From Actinomycetota bacterium (GTDB lineage: Bacteria; Actinomycetota; Actinomycetes; Nanopelagicales; Nanopelagicaceae): a DNA stretch of 44,494 nt. The notes under the pieces are model-generated. The model did no database searches. It was not told where the DNA came from and was given only the letters and a program-made list of their open reading frames with translations. Every line of letters starts with the position of its first letter. Positions within the stretch are counted from its first letter, which is position 1. Where the stretch lies: positions 1-44,494 of the forward strand of contig JBJOIM010000001.1 of the NCBI GenBank assembly GCA_046047175.1, read 5' to 3'. Both the position numbers and the translations under genes were made by a program. This document shows, piece after piece, positions 1 through 12,661 of the stretch.

Positions 1-1040
1 GGCTCCACCAATGCAGGGAATCAATAATCATTCTGGTGACGAAAGGGTTTCGCGAGTCAATTGTGTTTCCGCAACCGGTTACATCCTCGTAATTTCCATA
101 GTCGGAATGGCGATAAAAGGCTTTGTTGTCGATGCCTTTGAAGCAGAATGTGGGTCCGCCAACCCCTTCTTCGGCGGTGTGGTTGTAAACCACATCAAGA
201 ATTACCTCTATGCCGGCATCATGAAGTGCATCAACAGCCCTTTGTAACTCCGCAATCGGATCTTCGCTAGATGCATAAGCGTTATGCGGAGCGCTAAATG
301 CTAAGGGGTTGTAGCCCCAATAATTTTGCCGACCTCTGGCATTAGTGTGAACTTCAGTTACAAATTGATGAATCGGCAACAACTCAAGTGCGGTAACTCC
401 CAAACGTTGCAAATGTTGAATTGTTGATGGATGACCTAACGCTTTGTAACTCCCACGTTCATTTATTGGAATCTCGGTGTTGTCTGCGGTTAATCCACGT
501 ACATGCGCCTCATAAATAAAGCTCTTCTTCCAGGAAGTCCGCGGTCTATTAATAATTCGAGGAGCAGTGGCGGTTACTACCGAAAGTGGTACAAAACCTA
601 AGGAGTCTCGATTATCTCGCTGGCTCAAATCTCCATGACCAAGATGATCCGTTGCATGGTGGCCAAAAATCTCTGGGGCATAGATAAGTTCACCACTAAT
701 TTGATGTGCGTATGGGTCTAGCAAAACTTTGGCGGGGTTGAAACGCCAACCTTGCTCAGGTTGCCAAGGGCCATAGATGCGATAGCCGTAATTTTGACCA
801 GGGCCAATTCCAGAAAGGTGTCCAACCAGGGCCAATTCCAGAAAGGTGTCCATGCCAGATTGGACCTTCGCGGTGGGCCAAGGAGAATTTGGTTTCAACC
901 CATTGCCAACTTCCATTTTCAGACTCACGCCGGTCAAAGAGGCATAACTCGACCGCATCTGCGGCTGGGGCCCAGATCGCGAAATCAGTTCCGCCAGTCA
1001 CAACATGGCTTCCCAATATGTGGGGATTGGCTGGTTTCAC
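1..1040 (-). pseudogene. glgX: Glycogen debranching enzyme (GlgX/TreX, GH13 isoamylase type). It starts at a GTG at 1040 and runs off the window at position 1. The frame is broken by a 28-bp tandem duplication at 797-852.
   Basis: The ORF 756..1040(-) begins MKPANPHILGSHVVTGGTDFAIWAPAADAVELCLFD...[11 protein letters not shown], which looks like a GlgX N-terminal domain. My hand translation of the minus strand below 796 gives [105 protein letters not shown] with no stops down to about 481, which is classic GlgX. The two parts are in frame only if one 28-bp repeat copy is removed. Confidence 0.75.
797..852. repeat. Perfect 2 x 28-bp head-to-tail tandem duplication (ACCAGGGCCAATTCCAGAAAGGTGTCCA) inside glgX.
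   Basis: Read directly: 797-824 is identical to 825-852. The flanking bases (796 vs 824, 825 vs 853) differ, so there are exactly two copies. 28 is not a multiple of 3, so the duplication shifts the frame. Confidence 0.95.
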
Positions 1041-1121
1041 TTTGCTATCTAAGCATCAGCGCCTAACTATTCGAGGAAGGCCGAGTGGAGAGCTAGATTA
1101 CTGACCAGTAACATACCCGCC

Positions 1122-1922
1122 ATGAAGATTGCTATCTGCGTCAAGCAAGTGCCTGATTCTTGGGCCGAGAAAAAAATGGTCAACGGTGTATTGGATCGTG
1201 AGAGTGTCGATGCGGTACTAAATGATCTTGATGAATATGCAATCGAAGAGGCGCTGCGAATCGTAGAGCCGCTAAATGAAGGCAAAGAGTCGCCAGAACA
1301 CACCATAACTTTGATCTCGATGGGACCAGATCGTGCATCTGAAGCGATCCGTAAAGGTTTATCAATGGGAGCCGATGATGCGGTTTTGGTAACCGATCCG
1401 GCTCTAGCTGGTTCTGATGCCATCGCAACCTCAAAAGTTCTAGCAGAGGTAATCAAGAGTGGTGGTTTTGATTTGGTGTTCTGTGGCACTGAATCAACTG
1501 ATGCCAGAATGAGTGTTGTACCTGCGATGTTGGCGGAGCGTTTGGGTTGGGCACAGCTCACCTTTGCCGGCTCAGTTAAAGTCGATGCGACAGCTAAGAA
1601 TGTCGAAATTGCCCGCATGACTGAAAGCGGCGTAGAGAATATGACAGCTAACTTTCCATGCGTCATCAGCGTTATTGAAAAGATTAATGAGCCACGTTAC
1701 CCATCCTTTAAGGGAATTATGGCGGCTAAGAAAAAAACAATTGAAAGTAAATCTCTGGCAGATATCTCTCTATCTGCAAATGAGGTTGGCAGTGCGGGAG
1801 CATGGAGCGTTGTAGAAAATGCTCAAGCTCGCCCACCTAGAGAAAAAGGTGTAAAGATTGAGGATTCTGGCGATGCTGGAACGAAGTTGGCTGATTACTT
1901 GGCAGAGAAGCGATTGGTGTGA
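1122..1922 (+). CDS. etfB: Electron transfer flavoprotein, beta subunit
   Basis: 266 aa. It starts MKIAICVKQVPD, a typical EtfB/FixA N-terminus, and sits immediately upstream of and overlapping etfA. Confidence 0.93.
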   Translation: MKIAICVKQVPDSWAEKKMVNGVLDRESVDAVLNDLDEYAIEEALRIVEPLNEGKESPEHTITLISMGPDRASEAIRKGLSMGADDAVLVTDPALAGSDAIATSKVLAEVIKSGGFDLVFCGTESTDARMSVVPAMLAERLGWAQLTFAGSVKVDATAKNVEIARMTESGVENMTANFPCVISVIEKINEPRYPSFKGIMAAKKKTIESKSLADISLSANEVGSAGAWSVVENAQARPPREKGVKIEDSGDAGTKLADYLAEKRLV

Positions 1923-1924
1923 TT

Positions 1925-2878
1925 ATGAGTAATGTATTGATTTTGGCTGATCATGACGGTGGCAAAATCTCAAAAACCGCTGCCGAATTAGCGACTCTAG
2001 GCAAAAGAGCGGGTTCAGTAACCGCGGTAGTTCTAGCCCCATCTGGTCAAGGCGATGCACTGGCCGCTCAACTATCCAACACAGAGATTGAAAAAGTTGT
2101 ATTGGTGGAGAGCGATGATTTTTCTCGTCATGGAGTTCCAGCTCTAGTTGATGCGTTAGCTCAGATTGTTAATCAGCAAACTCCCAAGGCGGTTTTGATT
2201 CCATCTACTGCAAGAGGTAAAGAGATAGCGGGTCGTCTAGCGGTTCGTATTGGTGGCGGAGTAATCACAGATGCGGTTGACCTAACTTCTGATCTTGGCG
2301 CTACTCAATCTGTTTTCGGTGGGTCATTTACAGTGTCATCAAAGGTAAAGGTCGGAACTCCAGTTATTACAGTTAGACCAAGTGCGATTGAGGCAAGTGC
2401 TACATCTGCAACTCCTGCGATTGAAAAACTCACACTTACAATCGCCGATTCTGCAAAGTTGGTGACCATCACCGGTACACAGCCAGCTGCAAAGGGTGGC
2501 CGCCCAGAGCTAACTGAGGCAAAGATTGTTATCTCAGGAGGTCGTGGAACCAATGGAGATTTTTCACAGGTAGAAGCAATGGCTGATCTGCTTGGTGCGG
2601 CGGTTGGTGCATCTCGCGCGGCTACCGATGCGGGTTGGTATCCGCATACACATCAAGTAGGGCAAACTGGAAAAACCGTTAGCCCACAACTTTATGTCGC
2701 ATGCGGAATTTCCGGAGCGATTCAACATCGTGCAGGCATGCAAACCTCAAAGACAATTGTGGCAATCAATAAAGATCCCGAAGCTCCCATCTTTGATTTG
2801 GCGGATTTTGGTGTTGTTGGGGATTTGTTCGCGGTACTGCCTCAGGCGCGCGAGGCGATTGCATCAAAACGCGGCTAA
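1925..2878 (+). CDS. etfA: Electron transfer flavoprotein, alpha subunit
   Basis: The C-terminal FAD-binding region has PQLYVACGISGAIQHRAGM and DPEAPIF motifs. The ORF track starts at GTG 1919; the ATG at 1925 (MSNVLIL) is more likely. Confidence 0.93.
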   Translation: MSNVLILADHDGGKISKTAAELATLGKRAGSVTAVVLAPSGQGDALAAQLSNTEIEKVVLVESDDFSRHGVPALVDALAQIVNQQTPKAVLIPSTARGKEIAGRLAVRIGGGVITDAVDLTSDLGATQSVFGGSFTVSSKVKVGTPVITVRPSAIEASATSATPAIEKLTLTIADSAKLVTITGTQPAAKGGRPELTEAKIVISGGRGTNGDFSQVEAMADLLGAAVGASRAATDAGWYPHTHQVGQTGKTVSPQLYVACGISGAIQHRAGMQTSKTIVAINKDPEAPIFDLADFGVVGDLFAVLPQAREAIASKRG

Positions 2879-2910
2879 TTAGCTGACCGCTCAGCAATTA
2901 GAATTGGCTC

Positions 2911-4101
2911 ATGCCACGCGTCTATTTTGATAACGCCGCGACCGCCCCTATTTCGGAGGTCGCGTTACAGGCGTTCATCAAACAATCCCGTGAGGTGGGA
3001 AACCCTTCCAGCCTTCATACCTTTGGCCGCAATGCACGTCGCGAGCTAGAAGAGGCGCGGGAAAAACTCGCTGAGTTAATTGATGCACACTCCACCGAGT
3101 TAATTTTCACCGGCTCTGGAACCGAGGCCAATAATTTAGCTTTGAAAGGAATCTTCTGGCAGCGCAATCAGGAAGATTCAAATCGAAAGTTAATTGTTAT
3201 ATCTGCATTCGAACATCATGCCATCTTGGATCCGGCTATCTGGTTGAGTGAATTCAATGGAGCCGAGTTGGTCCAGATTCCAGTAGATGCACAGGGATAT
3301 CTAAAGATAGAAGAGTTGGAAATTCTCTTAGAACAAAGAGGTAAAGAGGTCGCCGTTATCAGCATCATGCATGCCAACAATGAAATTGGCACCATTCAGC
3401 CGATTCAAGAGGTAGCAAAGCTGGCACAAAGATTTGATATCCCAGTCCACACTGATGCGGTGCAAAGTTTTGGCAAGATTCCAGTATCTTTCAAAGATCT
3501 CGGAGTATTTGCCCTAACAATAAGCGCACACAAAATTGGTGGACCGATTGGAGTTGGTGCGCTAGTTCTGCAAAAGGGTGTCGATATCACCCCATTAATG
3601 CATGGTGGCGGCCAAGAGCGTGACATCAGAAGTGGAACGTTGAACGCGGCAGGTATCTCTGCATTTGTAGCCGCCGCTCAAAGCGCAGTACGTGACCTGG
3701 AGGCAAACCACAAACGAGTATCTGAGTTGCGGAGAAAGTTGATCTCTGCGGTTCAAGAACAAATTCCAGATGCGACACTAAATGGTGTGCTTGAAGGGCA
3801 AACCTTGCCTGGTATTGCCAACATAACTTTCCCAAACACAGAGAGTGATTCACTTCTGGTGCTATTTGATGCTGAGGGCATCGCCTGTTCGACGGGATCT
3901 GCGTGTAGCGCAGGGGTTCAAGAAGCGAGCCATGTTTTGCTAGCACTAGGAAAAACTGAGTCAGAGGCTCGATCTTCACTGCGATTCTCGCTAGGAATTG
4001 CCAATACAGAGAGCGATATCGAATATCTTCGCACCTGTATCAAGCGGGTTATCGAACGGGCCCGGGCCGCATACTCAGTTGCTAATTCCGTCTCCAAATA
4101 G
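2911..4101 (+). CDS. iscS: Cysteine desulfurase (class V aminotransferase, NifS/IscS-like)
   Basis: 396 aa. It has the PLP-lysine motif SAHKIGGPIGVGAL and the active-site Cys motif STGSACS. It is adjacent to mnmA, as in the mycobacterial iscS-mnmA pair. Confidence 0.9.
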   Translation: MPRVYFDNAATAPISEVALQAFIKQSREVGNPSSLHTFGRNARRELEEAREKLAELIDAHSTELIFTGSGTEANNLALKGIFWQRNQEDSNRKLIVISAFEHHAILDPAIWLSEFNGAELVQIPVDAQGYLKIEELEILLEQRGKEVAVISIMHANNEIGTIQPIQEVAKLAQRFDIPVHTDAVQSFGKIPVSFKDLGVFALTISAHKIGGPIGVGALVLQKGVDITPLMHGGGQERDIRSGTLNAAGISAFVAAAQSAVRDLEANHKRVSELRRKLISAVQEQIPDATLNGVLEGQTLPGIANITFPNTESDSLLVLFDAEGIACSTGSACSAGVQEASHVLLALGKTESEARSSLRFSLGIANTESDIEYLRTCIKRVIERARAAYSVANSVSK

Positions 4102-4113
4102 AAGAGCGAGCAG

Positions 4114-7253
<3,140 letters not shown>

Positions 7254-7269
7254 GAGTTAGGATTACAAC

Positions 7270-7428
7270 ATGTTGAAGTCACTTATTGCTCTGCGGGCAC
7301 AGACATTATTTAGCGAAGTCGGCGAAAAGGGCCGAGAGCTTCCAGCTTCACCAGTTTTCTTTGGGGTATTTACCTTTGCAGTGTTGATGTTGATGCTTTA
7401 CTTAGTACTTCGCCTTGATCGCGATTAA
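7270..7428 (+). CDS. Candidate small membrane protein (52 aa), not in the ORF track
   Basis: Hand translation gives MLKSLIALRAQTLFSEVGEKGRELPASPVFFGVFTFAVLMLMLYLVLRLDRD. An AGGA lies 7 nt upstream of the ATG. There is one clear roughly 20-aa hydrophobic helix followed by a charged tail. The ORF fills an otherwise empty 160-bp spacer and overlaps the nadD TTG start by 14 nt. Confidence 0.4.
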   Translation: MLKSLIALRAQTLFSEVGEKGRELPASPVFFGVFTFAVLMLMLYLVLRLDRD

Positions 7429-8002
7429 GAGAGTCGGCATTTTTGGTGGGAGCTTTGATCCCATACATTTCGGTCATATTCATCTGATCACTGAACTAAG
7501 CAAGAAAGCTAATTTCGATCAATTAGTTGTAGTTCCTTCTGGGCAACCATGGCAGAAAAACCCCGTCGCAACCAAGTTGCAAAGATTTGAAATGACTCAA
7601 ATTGCTCTTCAGGATCTGCCTGTGCAGGTAAGTGATATTGAGATTAGTCGCGAGGGTAATAGTTATGCTATCGATACCGTTGTTGAAGTGAAGACGGCCT
7701 ATGACCCTTGCCAGGTAATTTGGATTGCTGGAAGCGATGTTCTCCCGAATCTGAAAACTTGGCACCAAATCGAAAAGCTGGCGCAGATGGTTGAGTTCTT
7801 AATTGTGAAGAGGCCGAACTCCAAAGTCGATACCGCAGAAGTGCCCAGCTTTATCAAATTCACGGAGATTGAAGTAGATGCCCTAGACATATCTGCCACC
7901 GAGGTGCGCGGTGCGATAGCGGCTCAGAGTGATACCTCCCAGTTGATTCCTGCTAAGGTCGCCGAGTTCATCAAGAGCAAAGGACTATATGGCGCCGCGT
8001 AA
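7415..8002 (+). CDS. nadD: Nicotinate-nucleotide adenylyltransferase
   Basis: It has the GIFGGSFDPIHFGH (T/H)xGH nucleotidyltransferase motif and a C-terminal ISATEVR motif. The start codon is uncertain; TTG at 7415 is the ORF-track choice. Confidence 0.9.
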   Translation: MIAIKRVGIFGGSFDPIHFGHIHLITELSKKANFDQLVVVPSGQPWQKNPVATKLQRFEMTQIALQDLPVQVSDIEISREGNSYAIDTVVEVKTAYDPCQVIWIAGSDVLPNLKTWHQIEKLAQMVEFLIVKRPNSKVDTAEVPSFIKFTEIEVDALDISATEVRGAIAAQSDTSQLIPAKVAEFIKSKGLYGAA

Positions 8003-8375
8003 ATCAACGATAGAGCTCACGCAGCGCGCTGCCCATGCAGCGATTGAAAAATTAGGAACTGATTTGGTAGCAATCGATCTCTCAGCTCAAATGGTTTTAA
8101 GTGAGGTCTTCTTGTTGGTTAGTGGACAAAATGAGCGACAGATTGATGCCATAGCTGATGAAATCGAAAGAGAGTTAGCGAAGGTCGGCGAAAAGCCGGT
8201 GCGACGAGAGGGATCCGAACATTGGATTCTTTTAGATTATGAAGATTTAGTAGTTCATGTTCAGACCGAGGAGATTCGCCAGTACTACATGCTGGATCGA
8301 CTATGGAATGACTGTCCTACTTTGCCGCTAGATGCGGTCGCTCAAGCGGCACAGTTCAAAAAGGGCGATGCATAA
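7989..8375 (+). CDS. rsfS: Ribosome silencing factor
   Basis: 128 aa with an RsfS/Iojap-like sequence (DYEDLVVHVQTEEIRQYYMLDRLW). It follows the conserved nadD-rsfS order and overlaps the nadD end by 14 nt. Confidence 0.9.
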   Translation: MAPRKSTIELTQRAAHAAIEKLGTDLVAIDLSAQMVLSEVFLLVSGQNERQIDAIADEIERELAKVGEKPVRREGSEHWILLDYEDLVVHVQTEEIRQYYMLDRLWNDCPTLPLDAVAQAAQFKKGDA

Positions 8376-9026
8376 ATGGCTCAGGCTAGGCAGCGGGTAG
8401 TTTTGTGGCGTCATGGTCAAACTAATTGGAATATTGAAAATCGCTTTCAAGGACACTCAGATATTCCCTTAAATGAGGTTGGGTTACAACAAGCTGAACA
8501 TGCTGCACCGCTCTTGTTAGCACTTCGGCCCAACAAAATAATTTCTAGTGATTTGATTCGTGCTCAGCAGACTGCTGCGGCTCTTGCAAAGATTGCCGCG
8601 TTGGATATTTTGATAGATGCGGGTTTGCGTGAGACCAATGGTGGAAATTGGGAGGGAAAAACCGGAGCGGAAAATCGTGCAGAGGATTACGACCGCTTTG
8701 TTAACTGGCTAGATGGAGATGATCAACCTGCAGGACAAACCGGTGAGCGACGTAGCGAAATTGCGCATCGAGCGGTGAATGCAATTAAAGCTGCTCTGCA
8801 TGATGATATTTCCACTCTGATTGTCGTCACCCATGGCGGCACCGCGCGATGCATTTTGGGCAAGATGTTGGATATGCCAATGAATCAATGGTCAGCTATT
8901 GGTGGACTCTCAAATGCTTGTTGGTCGATTTTGGAAAGCGGCCACCATAGAAATGGTTGGGTCCTAGTTGAGCACAACTCGGGATCCCTACCTGAGCCCA
9001 TCTATGGAGAGGAAAGCGGGGCTTAG
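8376..9026 (+). CDS. Histidine phosphatase family protein (phosphoglycerate-mutase-like; positionally equivalent to mycobacterial GpgP)
   Basis: It has the RHGQTNWN catalytic motif and a second His in VVTHGG. It lies downstream of rsfS, as Rv2419c does in M. tuberculosis (positional inference only). Confidence 0.85.
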   Translation: MAQARQRVVLWRHGQTNWNIENRFQGHSDIPLNEVGLQQAEHAAPLLLALRPNKIISSDLIRAQQTAAALAKIAALDILIDAGLRETNGGNWEGKTGAENRAEDYDRFVNWLDGDDQPAGQTGERRSEIAHRAVNAIKAALHDDISTLIVVTHGGTARCILGKMLDMPMNQWSAIGGLSNACWSILESGHHRNGWVLVEHNSGSLPEPIYGEESGA

Positions 9027-9057
9027 TTCAGGTAAGGTCTGCCGCGCAACAAAGTTA

Positions 9058-9130
9058 GGGGCTATAGCGCAGCTGGTAGCGCACCTGCATGGCATGCAGG
9101 GGGTCAGGGGTTCAAGTCCCCTTAGCTCCA
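9058..9130 (+). tRNA. tRNA-Ala (anticodon GGC)
   Basis: Hand-folded cloverleaf: acceptor GGGGCTA/TAGCTCC with G3:U70, D-stem GCGC/GCGC, anticodon stem CCTGC/GCAGG with loop ATGGCAT, T-arm AGGGG-TTCAAGT-CCCCT, discriminator A. CCA is not encoded. Confidence 0.93.
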
Positions 9131-9157
9131 CAGATTTGCAACAAAAGAGAGTAGGGC

Positions 9158-10102
9158 ATGAGTAATTCACGGGTTCCATTGCAACACATTCCAACAGGTT
9201 GGTCAGCAAAGGATTTACCAAATCTGGCTGGAAAACGTTTTTTAATTACTGGTGGAACAAGTGGAATTGGTAAGGAAGCAGCCCGTGAGTTGGTACGAGC
9301 TGGCGCGCAGGTAACCATCACCGCTCGAAATCCCCTGAAAGCTGAGCACACCCAAAAAGAACTTTCTAGTCATTTAATTTCAACTATGCAGTTGGATTTG
9401 GCGGATTTGAACAGTGTGCGCAAAGCGGCCCGGGAATTTGAGGGCGATATTGATGTATTAATTTTGAATGCTGGAGTCATGGCCGTTCCATTTACAAAAA
9501 CAGCTGATGACTTTGAATTACAAATGGGAACTAATCACCTAGGTCATTTTGCATTTGCTGGTTTACTAAGCAAGCGGATCAAGTCTCGCGTAGTTACTAT
9601 ATCTAGCCAGGCGCATCGCACCGGATCTTTTGGCGATGGATCTGTCGAGTCAATCAGAGATATCTGCCTTGGGCGCAACAATTATCAACCTTGGGGTGCT
9701 TATGGCGCTAGTAAGTTGGCCAATCTTTTATTTACCTTTGAATTAGAGCGAATCGCAAATGCACGTGGGTATCAATTTAAGGCTTTTGCGGCTCATCCCG
9801 GTTATTCAAATACCAATTTACAGAGTGTGGGGCCAAAGATGCGGGGGAGTTTGCGTGAGGAGCGCGCCACTGCATTTATGAATTCAATAATTGCGCAATC
9901 TGCTGCAAAAGGTGCCCTGCCAACTTTATGTGCAGCAACCTTTCCGAATTTATATGGTGCTTCTTATATCGGACCAGATGGATTGATGGAGATGCGTGGC
10001 TACCCCAAGGCGACGAGGGCTAGATCAATTGCATATGACCAAAGTTTGGCTCGCAATCTTTGGAGCGTGAGCGAAGAGCTAACTGGCGTGCAATGGCATT
10101 AA
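9158..10102 (+). CDS. Short-chain dehydrogenase/reductase (SDR) family oxidoreductase
   Basis: It has the TGGTSGIGKEAA Rossmann motif, an NAGV motif and the YGASK catalytic motif. The substrate is unknown. Confidence 0.88.
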   Translation: MSNSRVPLQHIPTGWSAKDLPNLAGKRFLITGGTSGIGKEAARELVRAGAQVTITARNPLKAEHTQKELSSHLISTMQLDLADLNSVRKAAREFEGDIDVLILNAGVMAVPFTKTADDFELQMGTNHLGHFAFAGLLSKRIKSRVVTISSQAHRTGSFGDGSVESIRDICLGRNNYQPWGAYGASKLANLLFTFELERIANARGYQFKAFAAHPGYSNTNLQSVGPKMRGSLREERATAFMNSIIAQSAAKGALPTLCAATFPNLYGASYIGPDGLMEMRGYPKATRARSIAYDQSLARNLWSVSEELTGVQWH

Positions 10103-10125
10103 AACAAGGGCGGTAACCTACGCAC

Positions 10126-12582
10126 ATGCATGAGGCCTACGACATCAACCATGTCCAGGAAAAGTGGCTTCCAATCTGGGATCAGATAGCGCCATTCCGC
10201 TCTGGAAAGAGTGATGACCTACGCCCAAAAAAATATGTATTGGATATGTTTCCTTATCCTTCCGGGGATTTACATATGGGCCATGCCGAGGCTTACGCGT
10301 TAGGTGATGTGATTGCCCGGTACTGGGTGCAAAAAGGTTTCAACGTTATGCATCCAATTGGATGGGATGCATTTGGATTGCCCGCTGAAAATGCCGCAAT
10401 TAAGCGAAATGAAGATCCGAGTGTTTGGACCTACGAAAACATTAATACTCAAAAAGCGTCTATGCGTCGCTATGCCTGTTCCTTTGATTGGGATCGAGTG
10501 CTTTATACATGTGATCCTGAGTATTACAAGTGGAATCAGTGGATCTTTATCAAGATGTATGAAAAGGGATTGGCTTATCGAAAGAACTCTGCGGTTAATT
10601 GGTGCCCTTCCTGTCAAACAGTTCTAGCAAATGAGCAGGTAGTAGCCGGTCTTTGCGAGCGTTGTGACAATGCTGTCACCAAGAAGAAGTTGAACCAGTG
10701 GTATTTCAAGATCACTGATTATGCCGAGCGTCTTCTGTCAGACATGGAGCAGCTAGAAGGTAAGTGGCCCGAAAAAGTTTTGACTATGCAGCGCAATTGG
10801 ATTGGCAAATCCACCGGAGCTGAGGTTTCTTTTGAAATTGAGGGCAGAGCCGAGCCGGTAGTCATTTATACAACCAGGCCCGACACTTTGTACGGCGCTA
10901 CATTCATGGTGGTTGCTGTTGATAGTGAGTTGGCTCGCGAATTAGTGAAAGGTAGCCAGGTCGAAGCGGAGTTTGAAAAGTATTTTGATTCGGTAAAGGC
11001 GGCTAGCGATATTGATCGTTTAGCAACAGATCGACCCAAGTCAGGTGTCTTCTTAGGCAGATATGCAATCAATCCGGTAAATGGTGAGCGGATTCCGATT
11101 TGGGCTAGTGATTATGTACTGGCTGATTACGGAACGGGTGCCATCATGGCGGTTCCCGCTCATGATCAGCGAGATTTAGATTTCGCTCGTGCCATGAATC
11201 TTCCGGTTCGGGTGGTTGTTAAAACTGATGAGGAAGATCCATCAATTACTGGTGTTGCCACAGCTGGGGATGGCGAATTAATCAACTCTGGCAATCTAAA
11301 TGGCCTTTCAAGCGCTGCTGCGATTTCACAAATTGTTAAAGAACTTGAGGATAAGAAATTAGGTAAAGCCTCCAACAACTATCGCCTGCGCGATTGGCTA
11401 ATCTCGCGGCAACGCTATTGGGGAACTCCAATACCTATTATTCATTGCGAGAAATGTGGAGAGGTTCCAGTTCCGGAGGAGCAATTGCCGGTTAAGTTAC
11501 CTAGCTCTGCAACTTTGGATTTGAAGCCAAAGGGAACTTCACCACTAGCAACCGCTACCGACTGGGTAAATGTTTCCTGTCCTAAGTGCGGTGCCGCCGC
11601 TTTGCGCGATACCGACACCATGGACACATTTGTTGATTCATCCTGGTACTTCCTGCGTTACACCAGCGTCGACTCGCATGACCAGGCATTTATCAAGGAA
11701 GAAGTTGAAAAGTGGCTGCCAGTTGATCAATATGTTGGGGGAGTCACCCACGCTATTTTGCATCTTCTTTACTCAAGATTCTTCACTAAAGCTTTGCATG
11801 ACATGGGTTACTTAAACTTCACCGAGCCATTTACTAGATTGTTAAATCAGGGAATGGTAATTATGGATGGCTCTGCAATGAGCAAGAGCCGTGGCAATCT
11901 GGTGAGACTCTCTGATGAGTTAGAAAAACATGGAGTAGATGCGATCCGACTGACGATGGTCTTTGCGGGGCCCCCAGAGGATGATGTGGATTGGGCTGAT
12001 GTTTCACCAGCGGGATCTGCAAAGTTCTTGAATCGCGCTTGGCGATTGGCTGGAGATGTCACAAGTAATCCCGGTGTTGATTTCACTAAGGGTGATTTAA
12101 CTTTACGTAAAACCGCTCACAAGAGTTTGAATGACATTTCATTGGCGGTAGAAACCTTTAGATTTAATGTTGCGGTTGCTCGTGTAATGGAGTTAGTAAA
12201 TGCGACCCGGAGGGCGATTGATTCCGGCTGTGGTCCTGCTGATCCTGCGGTGCGCGAGGCGGCTGAAATTGTTGCGATTTCCTTGTCTTTAATCGCCCCT
12301 TACACCGCCGAAGAGATGTGGGAGAAATTGGGCCATAAACCATCTGTGGCTTTGGCTGGTTGGCCAACCGTTGATCCAGCATTACTAACTCAAGATTCAG
12401 TAACCGCCATTTTTCAGATTAATGGCAAAATCAAATCTCGAGTAGAGGTGGCTCCAGATATTTCAGATGCTGATTTGGAAAAGTTGGCGCTGACAGATGC
12501 GGAAGTTATCGCTGAGCTTGCCGGAACACAGCCCAAGAAAATAATCACCAAAGCACCAAAGTTTGTAAATATAGTCTTGTAG
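10126..12582 (+). CDS. leuS: Leucine--tRNA ligase
   Basis: 818 aa. It has the class I HIGH variant ([11 protein letters not shown]), the KMSKS motif (AMSKSRGN) and a CP1 editing domain. Confidence 0.96.
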   Translation: MHEAYDINHVQEKWLPIWDQIAPFRSGKSDDLRPKKYVLDMFPYPSGDLHMGHAEAYALGDVIARYWVQKGFNVMHPIGWDAFGLPAENAAIKRNEDPSVWTYENINTQKASMRRYACSFDWDRVLYTCDPEYYKWNQWIFIKMYEKGLAYRKNSAVNWCPSCQTVLANEQVVAGLCERCDNAVTKKKLNQWYFKITDYAERLLSDMEQLEGKWPEKVLTMQRNWIGKSTGAEVSFEIEGRAEPVVIYTTRPDTLYGATFMVVAVDSELARELVKGSQVEAEFEKYFDSVKAASDIDRLATDRPKSGVFLGRYAINPVNGERIPIWASDYVLADYGTGAIMAVPAHDQRDLDFARAMNLPVRVVVKTDEEDPSITGVATAGDGELINSGNLNGLSSAAAISQIVKELEDKKLGKASNNYRLRDWLISRQRYWGTPIPIIHCEKCGEVPVPEEQLPVKLPSSATLDLKPKGTSPLATATDWVNVSCPKCGAAALRDTDTMDTFVDSSWYFLRYTSVDSHDQAFIKEEVEKWLPVDQYVGGVTHAILHLLYSRFFTKALHDMGYLNFTEPFTRLLNQGMVIMDGSAMSKSRGNLVRLSDELEKHGVDAIRLTMVFAGPPEDDVDWADVSPAGSAKFLNRAWRLAGDVTSNPGVDFTKGDLTLRKTAHKSLNDISLAVETFRFNVAVARVMELVNATRRAIDSGCGPADPAVREAAEIVAISLSLIAPYTAEEMWEKLGHKPSVALAGWPTVDPALLTQDSVTAIFQINGKIKSRVEVAPDISDADLEKLALTDAEVIAELAGTQPKKIITKAPKFVNIVL

Positions 12583-12661
12583 TTGTTTTCCACAGCATAG
12601 TTTTTACACTCAAATAAAATGAAAGCCTAATAAGCTTTATGGGCGCTGATTTTATCTGCCC

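Noticed and set aside
1067-1666. 199-aa ORF antisense to etfB. Similar long antisense ORFs occur at 22011-22424, 23388-23828, 29581-29988, 35442-35885 and 43442-43936.
   Set aside because: Each lies fully inside a confidently identified gene on the opposite strand. Their Ser/Ala/Thr/Arg-rich, low-information sequences are typical of shadow frames, and I see no RBS or recognisable motif.
8968-9221. ORFs 8968-9165(+) and 8988-9221(-) spanning the tRNA-Ala region, and ORF 28522-28737(-) spanning tRNA-Gln.
   Set aside because: They overlap hand-folded canonical tRNA cloverleaves, and the short ORFs have no supporting features.
9027-10125. A possible genomic island at tRNA-Ala, because tRNA genes are common integration sites and an SDR of unknown substrate follows.
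   Set aside because: There is no integrase, recombinase or transposase. I found no duplicated tRNA 3'-end repeat downstream by eye, and the flanking genes continue the core synteny (rsfS/gpgP-like, then leuS).
12583-12661. A possible terminator or riboswitch after leuS (AAAGC-CTAATAA-GCTTT).
   Set aside because: It has only a 5-bp AT-rich stem with no following T-tract, and the spacer is too short and unstructured for a known riboswitch or T-box.
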